Assembly (NCBI GenBank): GCA_043228905.1
Contig: JBHGNT010000006.1
Location: 9,610,001 to 9,674,000, forward strand
Source: Azolla caroliniana
Taxonomy: Eukaryota > Plantae > Polypodiophyta
Direction of reading: 5' to 3'
DNA length: 64,000 nucleotides
In this document: positions 36,301 through 47,506 of the stretch, in pieces
How positions within the stretch are numbered: the first letter of the stretch is position 1
Layout of the letters: every line of letters begins with the position of its first letter
The notes under the pieces: model-generated
Databases searched by the model: none
What the model was told of the DNA's origin: nothing
Seen by the model: the letters and a program-made list of their open reading frames with translations, nothing else
Translations under genes and position numbers: made by a program

Positions 36301-36922
36301 AGTGTCCACAAATCCTTGCGCGGAGGATCGTTTGGAGCGGTTACGCAAGATACAAGCGGATTTATCTACTCAACTCCAGCAAGCTCAACAATCACACAAG
36401 GACTACGCAGATCGTCATCGACTTCCATCCAGTTTTAACATTGGAGATCGGGTGTGGCTGCTACGACGACACATCAAGACTACTCACCCATGTGAGAAGT
36501 TGGATTATCGGCGATTAGGTCCTTTCCGTATTATCGGGAAGATTAATGATGTCGCTTTTCGTCTCGAGCTACCTCCGCAACTTCGGATACATCCGGTGTT
36601 TCATAGTTCTCTCCTCGAACCCTATCACGAGAGCACTATCCCAGGACGTACTATACAACCTCCACCTCCTATCGAGCTCGAAGATGGACCTGAGTATGAG
36701 GTCGCTGCCATCCTCGATTCCAAGATTGTTCGCAACAAGCTCTACTATCTAGTCGATTGGCTAGGATATAGTCCCAGCGAGTGTACTTGGGAACCGATCG
36801 AGAATGTGACCAATGCTCGTGCTCTTCTAGAAGACTTCCATCGACGATATCCCGAGAAACCGGGTCCTCAATCCAAAACGACTCGTGAAACTCGTCGTTT
36901 TAAAGGGGGGATAGTGTCATAA
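33365..36922 (+). CDS. pol: Pol of chromovirus E (PR-RT-RH-IN-chromodomain), -1 frame relative to gag
   Basis: All catalytic motifs present. The frame is open from about 33311, overlapping the gag end. Confidence 0.96.
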   Translation: MDSPRSVQPISGSIPSKQVSDVFVAQVAVSTKSTPPVHTLALLDSGANSCFMDRNFARAHQISLRKLPCPASVVVIDGRPIASGNIIEESEPVNIVLDNLTCVVSFNIISIPEHPIVLGLPWFELHDPDIDWRTREIRLRQTQGSTQKVATISLRQLREEGRKEEMFLFAISVQPSSTTKEESTVQLPEKYRQYADVFDKVQANTLPHHRPYDCAIDLQPRKEPPWGPIYNLSPTELEVLRAYIEENLENGFIRHSKSPAGAPIFFVKKKDGSLRLVVDYRGLNKVTVRNRYALPLISSLLERINGARFFTKIDLRGAYNLVRIRPGDEWKTAFRTRYGHFEYTVMPFGLTNAPAVFQHMANDIFRDLLDDFLIIYLDDLLVYSKTQEEHDSHVLLVLKRLREHGLYAKLEKCSFGSNQVEFLGYVISSEGISMDPAKVKTVIEWHTPRSVRDVQCFLGFANFYRKFIQNYSKIVLPLTQLTRKGQSFIWSKETDMAFESLKKAFTSAPILGHVDPEKPFIIEADASDFALGSILSQQGNDEKLHPVAFHSRKFDAAEINYEIHDKELLAIVDSFMQWRHFLEGSPHQVTVFSDHKNLAYFQDARVLNRRQARWAHFLTRFDFKITYRPGKHQGKADALSRRSYLTPRPGEPAFDNQKQVILGPARLQAAQVFDMPVDSDITNTIREDLKTDAFAQAILAQIDPSRASCSQSQSPGTDYRQFKYCDGLLFFKELLYVPNGSCRLRVVQNCHDTYTAGHFGSTKTLDLVQRSFWWPRMRQFVEDFVRTCDTCCRAKMPRHHPYGLLEPLPIPSKPWQSIALDFITDLPVSKGFSAILTVVDRYTKMAHFLPCTKEISSEDTAEIVMREVCRHHGLPDNIISDRGPQFVSKFWKHLFKMLKVTCNLSSGYHPQTDGQAERTNQTLEQYLRCFLNYHQNDWADILQFAEFAYNNAIHASTKVTPFYAYTGYHPRWCVLETPEVSTNPCAEDRLERLRKIQADLSTQLQQAQQSHKDYADRHRLPSSFNIGDRVWLLRRHIKTTHPCEKLDYRRLGPFRIIGKINDVAFRLELPPQLRIHPVFHSSLLEPYHESTIPGRTIQPPPPIELEDGPEYEVAAILDSKIVRNKLYYLVDWLGYSPSECTWEPIENVTNARALLEDFHRRYPEKPGPQSKTTRETRRFKGGIVS

Positions 36923-37204
36923 CTAGACTCGAACCCATAACCTTTTGTTACACGGGTCGAGACTTTACCATTAGGTTATGAATTGTAATTTGAAGGATAT
37001 TATTTTCATTTAGGTTTTATTGGGAAATTGATGTATATTCCAGATTTCTCTGGAACATTCTAGAAACTTCAGGAGTATTCCTGAAGACACTATAAAAGGA
37101 GGCGCAAGGCATTAGTTCGAACCAAATCGGTTCAACGCCAGTCTTAAGCCTTCTAACTACTGTTGTATATCTTCCGTCATATAATACATATATCTTTCGC
37201 ATCA

Positions 37205-37252
<48 letters not shown>

Positions 37253-37385
37253 ACTCATTCCTTCTCTCAAAGTTCGACACCTCTCATAGTACTAATCCTT
37301 CTCTGTCTTAGTACTATTCCCCAACAATAGTACTAATCCTTCTTTTAGTACTAATTCCTTCTCTGCCTTAATAGAGTTCCTAACA

Positions 37386-38366
37386 GTCAAGACTCCTTAT
37401 TCGTGCGATGGTTGCTCCATTATCGAATACTTTGGTCTCCATCCGAGATGATGTGATATACGGTTGTCCTAGGATGACAGGATGCGACACCGATTCTTGC
37501 ACGAAGAAGTCTTGATCCATCTCCACATCCCCGATCGTGACTTTAACATTGAGACAAGCTCCGTACAAGTCCTTCGTAGTCTTTGATGCCGCGCGAATCT
37601 TCCATCCGTGATTTGTATTGATTGGCCATCTTCCTTTTTTGTAGAAGTCGGTTGACATGAGGTTGATCTCCGAGCCGTGGTCGATCAAGGCTACCACGGT
37701 CTCTTTCTTCTCCCTGATCTTCACCGGCGTCTTTGTTGTCGCTCGTGCCCAATGAGGTCGAGTATAATGTCTGTCCACCATATCTTCATCGACTTCGTCT
37801 CTTGCCATCGTTATGGCATTCGTTTTTGCTTTTTGCGGCATCTCTTCTTCCTCGTCCGATTGTTGTCTTTTTCTCTTTACAAGGTCCACGATCGTGTCAT
37901 GGAACTCCTTCGTAATGCCAAGCAATTCCCTCAAGGACAAAGTCACGTGGTTATCAAGAACACGTTCTTCGAGAATCTTCTTTAGGTCTGTTGTCTGCTC
38001 TATGTCCGACCTTAGATTATAGGTAGGCATAGCCGTTGTCCTCCGAGTGGGGTCTTCGACACCAATCTTCACGGGCCGAACCGTTTCTTCGACTCGTTTG
38101 CTCGACTTCGCTTTTCGGCTTGCGTCTCCTTCCTCCATTTGCAAGGTTCAACTCGTCTCTGCATCTTCTTTCTTTTTCGCGTTCCTTGTTTCATGTCTTT
38201 TTGATGGGCCTTGCTCTTCTATTCTTTTTCTCTTTTCTTCGATGAATACTTCATGGTTGTCGCACATCACTTCCGCGAGTATAGTGTTGTCATCTACCGG
38301 ATCTGACCACCCGGTTATACTTTGCATGCTTCGGTCCGCAAGCTCCACCTCATTCGATGTGACCTT
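37386..38366 (-). pseudogene. Element B gag C-terminus and aspartic protease
   Basis: 'VALIDHGSEINLMS...VILGQPY'. Confidence 0.82.
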
Positions 38367-39095
38367 TGTTGTCCGCCGGAATAGTAACCGACGGACAAAA
38401 GCGTAGGAATAAGAAATTATATAAGAGCATAACGCATGTAACGGTTCACGCAGGAAGCGTGAACGGCTAAATAGACCCTGCATATATAAAGGGCAGAAAA
38501 CCTCTGATGGAGGTGCGTGTAATTATGGGGAATGTAAAGAAACGCCTGATAATAGAATTTTATCTTCTATGATTTCCTGTGTATAGCTACGACTAATTCA
38601 GTTTGTGTGTCTTGAATACCTAAGCATTTAAGTACGTAAGTGTAACCCTTGATAGGGATTCGGTTGTAGCCGTCTCCCCTTATACGCTGATAGGGTACAA
38701 GGATCCTTCCCTTACGCATTACGCTTAAACACCTGTTCATTGTTCCACACCCACTTTGAGGTCTAGGTCGAAGGTCTGACCACGGACCGTGTTCCTAAAC
38801 GGCAACACTTTTGGCACGCTTGGTGATCTGTGTTTTCTCACAGACGAGCAACAACGAATGGATGTTTAGCCACAGACGACCTAGAGAACCAACATGACAA
38901 GACCGGCCAATAACAAGGTCCGTCACACGCCAGGCAGAAGAATGCGCACGACAAAAGCCGCACCTCAACGACCTCAGTACTGCCTACCGTGAGTGCAAAG
39001 GGGATTCTTCGCTCCCCAAATACCTCGACGAGACGCGGGGACCACGCTCACCACAACCACCCTGTGGTCTTTCCCGACCCGCCGTAGCTCCCACT

Positions 39096-42000
39096 ATGGC
39101 CTTTGCCTACCCCTGCTTTAATGGCGAAACCGACGCCGCAACTCATATTCGCATGTTCCTGAATGTTTGGAATGCGGAACACATGGCGCAGAGCCTCTCC
39201 GAGGCGGTGGCACACCAGTTGAAAATGACGGACGCTCGAGAAACATTTTTGGCAGCTTTACGTCGACCCATCCGGGCAACGCTCAACAACAATAGTGTGA
39301 AAGGGGAAACGACAGATATGGTAATTGAATGAGCGTTACAGCTCGAGTTGGATGACGCGGAGGAAAGGTTTTCTATGTCCTCCTTACGACAAGCGTTACC
39401 TCAGGATGAGGAACGCCAGTTTCGTCAAGCAATCCAGTCCACGATTTGCTTGAACTCGGGGCATTCCGCAGTGGACTGCAATATGCGAATCCACTGCCCA
39501 CTCTGCCACTCGAAGGCTCACACAGTCGACCAATGTGAGTACAATATGTTAAATAGAGCCACTCCCGCAGTCCGCAGCATGGACACAACGTCAACCGCAT
39601 CGGGCTGAACAAAGGAGGCAAGACAACCGACCCCGGTATAAGGATCGCAACCCGCGGGAGGACTGGTACAACTGGAATCACCGGAATCACAACGATTCCG
39701 AGGAGGACGACCTAGAGGACGAGGATTATCGTGGACATCCGAGTTACGCCAAAGGGGGTCGGCGCTACGAGAATCAACGGCCGACAAACAAACGGGGCGG
39801 CTTCAATGGCTATTGGGGTAAGCCTCGGCAATATAGAGATCACCAGCGTTACGACGAAAGCTCGGGGGATGATCGGCACCAGGAACAACAACGGGACCAA
39901 CAACAACCACCGCGTACGTTCCGACAAACGAGGCCGAACCGCGAAGAGCAAGTAGCACCAGGGGAGCGGCACACACCACCAGGAGCCGAGAAGGGTGAAT
40001 CAAGCATCCATTGTTTTATTTGTCAGCAACCCGGACATTATGCCACGCAATGCCCAACACGCAAGGGAAAGGGGCCCGCTGTCAATACGATTAAGGCGGA
40101 GGTGCAACAAGTCATGACATGCCAACAAACAAAAACGGCGGATTGGGTTGCGCAAGACGAGGTACGCCGACAAGCCCAAGCGTGGGTGGAAAAAGCAAAC
40201 GCGACCAATACGGAATGTATGAGGCAGGAGCCCGCGAAAACAATGGAGCGAATAGAGGACGAAAGACCAGGTTCGGACCCCATTTGGCAGGCATTAGCAG
40301 GCTGTGAAATAACGTTAACCATGGAAAAACTACTACAGCTAGTTCCACGCTTCCGCCAGACCATGGAAGAACAAGTGACGGGCATACCTGGGGCAAGTGC
40401 CGTCACAAGCCTGACAGACGTCAGCGATGGACCGCCGGTGGTGGATCAGCAAAACCCGGCCATTACAGTAATATTGCACGGACAGGAAGTTCCTGGATGC
40501 GTAATCGACGACGGCTCAGGTGTCAATGTAATTAGCGCGAAAACTTGCGAACAGTTAGGCATTTCCGAATGGGAGGCATGTCCATTCTGGCTCCGCATGG
40601 CAAATACCCGCTCAGTGCGACCGTTGGGGTTAATTCGCAAAATAGGCATCGTTGTGGGCGGACACCACTTTGACATCTCGGCGGTCGTCCTCTCTTTGGA
40701 CGCCCCAGGGGCGTACCCAGTGCTTCTGGGCAGACCATGGCTTTGGACAACAAATATCAAGCAGAGCTGGCAACACGAGTGGATCAGTTTCTGGCATGGA
40801 CGCACCAAGGTTCGCGTACCTACGGAAGGCAGCACGCCACAACCTAAGGGTATAACACCGTTATACGCGGAGGACATAAATATGATGGCTGGGATGGAGG
40901 ATGCAGAATTGGAGGCATACCTCGACCAACACCCTCGGATTATTCCGCTGTTCGAAATAGATGTCATCGCAACCGCGACAGAATATGCCACGACTACTGT
41001 TCCCCACGATGAGCCTTACGAACCAAACCCAGAGTCCATATTGGAACTCAGCAGAGCACGGGCGGCATTCGAAAGGGAAATTGAGATTTCACGACGAGTC
41101 ACCGCTTCCGCTCTCGAAGAAGTAAATGTGGGTACGGAATCAGAGCCCCGGTTCCTCTCCATCGCAAAGGAATTAAGGCCGGACTAGAGAATCACAATGA
41201 TCGCACTACTCACGAAATATAAAGATGTGTTCGCTTGGGCTCACGAGGACATGAAGGGGTTAGATCCCAAATTCTATCAGCATAAGATCAATTTAGCAAC
41301 TGACGCGAAACCCGTCTAGCAACGCCGCTATCGCATGAACCCCAACTACGCGACCCGCGTGAAAGAAGAAATTGACAAGCTCCTGAAGGTGGGGTTCATA
41401 CGACCAGTTAAACAAGTGACATGGCTAAGCCCGATAGTGGTCATCCCAAAGAAAAATGACAAAATACGGGTATGCGTAGATTACCAAAAATTAAACGCCG
41501 CAACCATTACAGACACATTTCCCTTACCCTTCATCGATAGCATGCTGGACGTTGTCGCAGGCCATGAGATGTACAGTTTCTTAGATGGCTTCAGTGGCTA
41601 TAACCAGGTACGCATGCATCCCAAGGACCAGGAGAAGACGGCGTTTGTCACGGACTGGGGAGTATATGTGGCAGTCGTTATGATGTTCGGGCTAAAGAAC
41701 GATTATGGAGATGTTTGGGGAATACATTCTAGCGTTCATGCAAGTTTTTCTAGACGACTTTGCGGTATATGGGAGAACAATAGACCATTTTACGCACTTA
41801 CGACTGTGCCTGGAACGTTGCCACACCGCACGCTTAAGCCTGAATCCCGCGAAATGTGCCTTCGGCGTGATCAGCGGGACTCTCCCAGGCCACATAGTCA
41901 GCAAGGAGGGAATAGTGGTCGACCCAAACAAAATCTCCCTGATTACGCAAGCCAAAACTCCGACAAACGCCAAATCACTTAGCCGGTTTTTAGGAACAAT

Positions 42001-43950
42001 ACGGTGGCATAGTCGGATGATACGGTATTTGGCGGACTTCGCCACGGGCTACACGTTGTCGTACATCGAACTCCTTTCCAATGGACTGCAATGGAGGATA
42101 AGGCCTATGAGGCACTTAAGATAATGCTCACACAGGCTCTCGTCGTACAAGCACCAGGTTGGGCGAAGCCATTCCACGTGTTCGTTGACGCCTCGGACAT
42201 AGCAATAGGAAGCGCACTAATGCAGCTCACCGAACCAAACTGGTACAGGCCAGTATACTACACGAGTCGTAAATTGTCAGCAGTAGAGCGTAACTATTCC
42301 ACAACAGAGCGGGAGGCACTAGGGATGATCTATAGCATCAATAAATTCCGATACTATTTATTAAGAAGGAAATTCACGTTCCACGTGGATCATTCGGCAC
42401 TACTGTATTTGGTGGAGAAACAAGCCCTGATAGGGAAATTGGCGCGGTGGATGTTGCTGCTCTAGGAATTCGATTTCGTAATTCAGCAACGACCAAGGAC
42501 GCAACACACAGTGGCGGATTTTTTGAGCAGACTCGAGAATGGAGAAACAGTACAGGAAGACGACGACGATTTTCCGGATGCCGAGATCCTGCGAGTAGCA
42601 ACACTAGCAGAAAAAACGGAATCGACCTTTCCAGACCGGTGGCTTATGGAAATGACGTACTTTTTAACTACAGGACTGCCTCCACCACAATTACGCACGG
42701 ACGAGAAGAAACGACTAGCCGTCCGAAGCCGTCACTTCTGCCTTGTCGAAGGCATTTTATATCACAAAGGAAGTGATGATATTTGGCGACGTGGGGTCCG
42801 TCAGCATGAGAAGGAAGGAGTTTTACGGGAGGCACATTGTGGCACGACAGGCGGCCATTATGTGGGCGACCTGACAGCCCGGAAAGTATGGCAGGCGGGC
42901 TTATGGTGGCGAACAACGCAGAAGGACGCATCCGAATATTGTAGAAAGTGTGATTTGGTTCAACGGATGGGTCAGCCCACGGAGGACGCAAGGATGCCAC
43001 AGTAGCCCGTATTACAGCTAGATCCCTTCCAAAAGTGGGGTTTGGATTTTGTAGGGCCCTTCACACCAGCAGCGGCCCGTATGGGCAATAAATACATATT
43101 GGTAGCCACGGATTACTGCACCAAATGGGTAGAAGCAAAGGCACTACGTGAAAATACGGCGGCCGTCACAGCCAGATTCCTTTACGAGCACATCTAGTGC
43201 CGGTTTGGCTGTCCGATTGAGCTCATAAGTGACTAGGGGAGTCACTTTCTCAATACGGTGGTTCGGGAACTAACACATCATTACGCCGTAGTCCATAAGA
43301 AGAGCACGCTATATTATCCGCAGGCGAATGGATTAGCAGAATCCACCAACAAGACATTACAGACCATTTTGAAGGAAACCGTCAATGAAAATAGAACGGA
43401 CTGGGATACCAAACTACAGAGTGCGTTATGGGCGTACAAAACTAGCTACAAAACAAGCATACAGTCAACACCGTTCCGACTAGCGTTTGGACTGGAGGCT
43501 GTGATGCCGGTCGAATTTCAGGTACCTAGTTTGCGCATTCAGGTACGGAACCGATTATCAGAAGCCAAGTCGGAGGAGGTACGGCTCTACCAACTCCTCG
43601 AACTAGGGGAAAAATGCATCCACAGCATGGCTGTGTTGGAACAAGAACAACGACGGCGTAAAGCGTTTGTAGATCGACATCGGAACGCAAGGGAAAAGGA
43701 GTTCGTCGTGGGCCGAGTGGTGCTAGTTTTTCAAACGCGCATGGGCCATATGTTGGGGAAGTTACGTTTCCGCTGGACCGGCCCATACTAGATAATTGGA
43801 GCGGAACAAGGCACGTTCCAACTAGGTACGCTGGCTGGAGAAGTAGTACGGCAAAAGGTGAATGGGTTTCGGCTCAAACCTTACCTGGGCCCTACGCCAC
43901 CTAACCCATTCACCGCCGAACGGGACAGAGCCGGAGAACCCGTGGCGTAA
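39096..43950 (+). pseudogene. gag-pol of element D (multiple stops and frameshifts)
   Basis: Zinc knuckles, PR 'VIDDGSG', RT 'LDGFSGYNQV..FLDD', RH 'DASDIAIG..TEREAL', IN 'YYPQANGLAE' and 'WTGPY'; no chromodomain. Confidence 0.9.
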
Positions 43951-44006
43951 AATGGACAGCCCCACTTGTACTATAATGTAAAAATAGGTTGTAAATAACC
44001 GTTACG

Positions 44007-44037
<31 letters not shown>

Positions 44038-44108
44038 GAGAAGATAGCGACTATTGAAACGACTAAAGGCATGCACAAACTCCTAGTTCAAGAACACGCG
44101 GCACCACG

Positions 44109-47018
44109 ATGGCTCACCGCCCAATGAACCCTAAGCCACAAAAAGAAGGAAACAGAAGATTTTCTACACAAAGCAGAAACCCATCTTCTAGCTATTAGCG
44201 CTCCCATCTCTCCTCCCCCTCACCTTCTCCCCCATCCTATCTCAGAGCTCCAACTCACCGCAACCAACCGTCTCCTCCCCACGAACCTACTCTGGCAATG
44301 CCGATCTTCATCTCTATTGCCCTACGCCGATGGCTCGTGGAGAAACGCCTGGATGGTTACATCCGGGTCGCACCTCCACACCCGGATGCCATGGACATCG
44401 CCAGGAAGCTTAACATCGACACGGTCACCAACTCTTCCATCTAGAAGAAGTTGGACCTATCCTCATTAGGCGAAAGACATTTCGAAATACCTCCTGCAGA
44501 GGCACTACAACGGTATTTTGGGCCATATTCCTCCTCCGCCAAGGCCTATAGAACAAAGCAGATTCCGGATCCCTTCTTCCGTGAAGTTGCCAAGTTCTTG
44601 CTAGAAGTCGGTTGCGTACATGTCAACGCATATGGGATGCCTAAGCAGAAGGCGGGCATCATTATCGATACATTTGAAGGGTGTGCCGTCGATTGGGGGG
44701 TCATCACAGGGCCATCGTTAAGGGAAGGCTTGCATGCGTACCAAGCAGGCAAAAAGCTCAGGCCGATCATCCAACAATACCTTACGGTACTAGTTCCACC
44801 CTGAGGCCTGTCGGGACCACAACCCAGCCAACCCACGGCCCTAGAGTGGGAAGAGGAACCCCAACCCGCCCAGCCAGACCCAAGGACAACACCTCCTACC
44901 AACTAGCCGGACACACGGACAACGCAGGAGGAACAGCCGGCATGTTCCATGGAAACAACCCTAGAGCCAGACACTGAAACACGGCAGGAAAGCCCCAGAC
45001 CAAAACGGCGCAGATTGGACAAGAAAGATGGGCGGGGGTTGGTAAAAAATGCCCCCATGGCAACAGAGACACCGACCAAAGGCGATGGCTCCGCAGTAGC
45101 GGAACCCAATACCACCTTCGAAGTCATCCGGGAACCACGGCCGATTATTACGACCCAGTCCCAATGAGGGAAGCCGTATTGACGGCGGAAAGCGAGGTTT
45201 TGGCATATCCGGATATCCCGGATACGGCCCACGAGTTCAACGCCCTCTTGCAGTTCGGTACTTCTTTTGAGCTTATGGAGTTCCTGCCAACGCAATAGGT
45301 CAAAGCCGCCCAACGAATGGCCGAGGAGCATGTAGAACGCCAGATGATCGAGCGCACCCTAACACAAACAACAGAGAGCGACGATGAGGACCGGCTAGCC
45401 AAGGTCGGGAGACAGAGAAACGTCGGGGTACGCCGAGTGGGGATGGAGATACCCCCCTTAAACACGACCCTAGTCGAAGTCCATTGGGAACTGGCAAAGG
45501 TCAGCACGGGCGCCAAGGAGATGGCCATAAAAAAATAAGAGTGTCTGGAAGAAGGTTAAACTGACCCAAGCCGAACTGCAAAAAGCCAACGCACGCATCG
45601 CGGAGTCGGAAGCTCACGCGACTACAACGCAACACGCAACCCCGCCACTGAACCACGTCATCGATGCTCTAAAAGAAGAAATCGAGGCTGAGACCGCCAT
45701 TGCCTCAAAAGCAAAAAGGGTCGTGCAACTAGCGGAATCAGAAATTGACCGCCTTTGAGCAGAACTACGCCAATCCTCAAACAGAGAAAAGGAGATACGG
45801 GCTAACGGCCGGAAGGCAGTAAAAACCCTTGACGAGAAACTCGCTATGGAGGTAGCTCAGCACATCCGGACAAAAGATGACAACGCCCAATTACGGGAGG
45901 ACGCGAAGAAATCGGAGGCGGCAATAGCGGGACTCCGGGCCTTATTAGAAAAAAAGAAGGTATGGTTCGATGAGCAGTTGGTGGTTGAACAAGACAGAAG
46001 GCATCAGCTCGAAATCCGCCTAAACAATGAAATGGGGAGATTAGAAGAACAACATGCAGAGGAATCCCAACTATGGGCAGGCCTGAAGGCCATGTATGAG
46101 GAAGCGGCAGTGGATAAACAGCAGGAAATCGCAAATCTCCAGAAGTCGATGGAAGACGCACGCAACCGTTGCCAGGCCATCACAGATAATATGCGGATCC
46201 TTCTCCAAACAAATCGGGAGAGGTTCACAACGCAATTTAAAACGGCGCTGGACAAAGGATGGATGGCGTGGGCAACCCAAGCAGCGGAATTGCACGCTTA
46301 TCGTGCAGACTGGGAGAACCAGCGAAAAGACGGTCGAGGTTTGCATAAACTAAATGAGGAGAGCATTGCGGCCGTACGGGAGGACCTAGCGCAAGACTAT
46401 CGTGTGCTAGCAGACCAACACTCCGAAGAACTCGCACAGCTCTTAGATGATTTTGGTGAAAGTCAGGAGGAGCTATTTCACAAGAGCACACATGCCGGCA
46501 ACACGCGCACAAACGAGGAATCCAGCGCGACGCCAATTCCGGGCACAACCGAAGAAGAGGAACCTCAGGCCCGATCACCAGAGATGACAAGGATGGAGAA
46601 TAGTGAGGACCGACGAGCGGAGTTCCCCACAGGACCAGACAGCGAAACCACTACACAACAAGAGGTCCAACCGCACGAGCCCACACTATCATCAGACCAC
46701 ACGGAGAACGATGCGAACTAGGCGGAATCTCCGCCCCACTCCCCGGAACATACAAAAACGGCCGACACCATGGAGGACATAACAATGGAGGCAGAGCCGT
46801 AGCCGACTGCAAGCACGACAATGGAGAAGCCCAACCCACTAGCTCAAGAAGAGCCCATCGTACCCGGACCACCCACACACGGCGACGGCGACTCTGGGAG
46901 AAACCAGCCCGACCAAACAGAGGAGCCACACCACGATGCACCTACGGGCCCTACATCACCTCTGGACGCGGACACCGCAGCAAAGCCGAACATCCTGGCC
47001 ATTTTGGAAGAGGATTAA
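44109..47018 (+). pseudogene. Extra 3' ORF (ORF3) of element D
   Basis: Pieces 44451-44804, 44949-45167, 45317-45538, 45846-46721 and 46821-47018 are homologous to 1548-3670. Includes a coiled-coil region. Confidence 0.75.
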
Positions 47019-47506
47019 CGAGATGGGTCTGACGTCCCATGGCACTGTCTCAGAGGCGTGCCAAGTGTTGTCCGCCATAATAGTAACCGACGGACAAAAG
47101 CGTAGGAATAAGAAATTATATAAGAGCATAACGCATGTAACGGTTCACGCAGGAAGCGTGAACGGCTAAATAGACCCTGCATATATAAAGGGCAGAAAAC
47201 CTCTGATGGAGGTGCGTGTAATTTTGGGGAATGTAAAGAAACGCCTAATAATAGAATTCTATCTTCTCTGATTTCCTGTGTATAGTTAGGGCTAATTCAG
47301 TGTGTGTGTCTTGAATACCTAAGCGTTTAAGTACGTAAGTGTAACCCTTGATAGGGATTCGGTTGTAGCCGTCTCCCCTTATACGTTGATAGGGTACAAG
47401 GATCCTTCCCTTACGCATTACGCTTAAACACCTGTTCGTTGTTCCACACCCACTTTGAGGTCTAGGTCGAAGGACTGACCGTGGACCGTGTTCCTAAACG
47501 GCAACA

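Larger units (their letters stand above)
31614..37385 (+). mobile_element. Intact chromovirus E (LTRs 31614-32080 and 36915-37385)
   Basis: LTRs differ visibly only in (CT)n length and one base near the end. TSD GTCAA; PPT aaaggggggatag. Confidence 0.96.
38367..47506 (+). mobile_element. Athila/Tat-like Gypsy element D with extra 3' ORF (LTRs 38367-38807 and 47066-47506)
   Basis: 441-bp LTRs (TGTTGTCCG...GGCAACA), TSD ACCTT and PBS tggcacgcttggtg at 38812. No PPT before the 3' LTR. Confidence 0.93.

Noticed and set aside
44109-47018. ORF3 of element D as a retroviral env
   Set aside because: No signal peptide or clear transmembrane segment is visible; the sequence is hydrophilic and coiled-coil.
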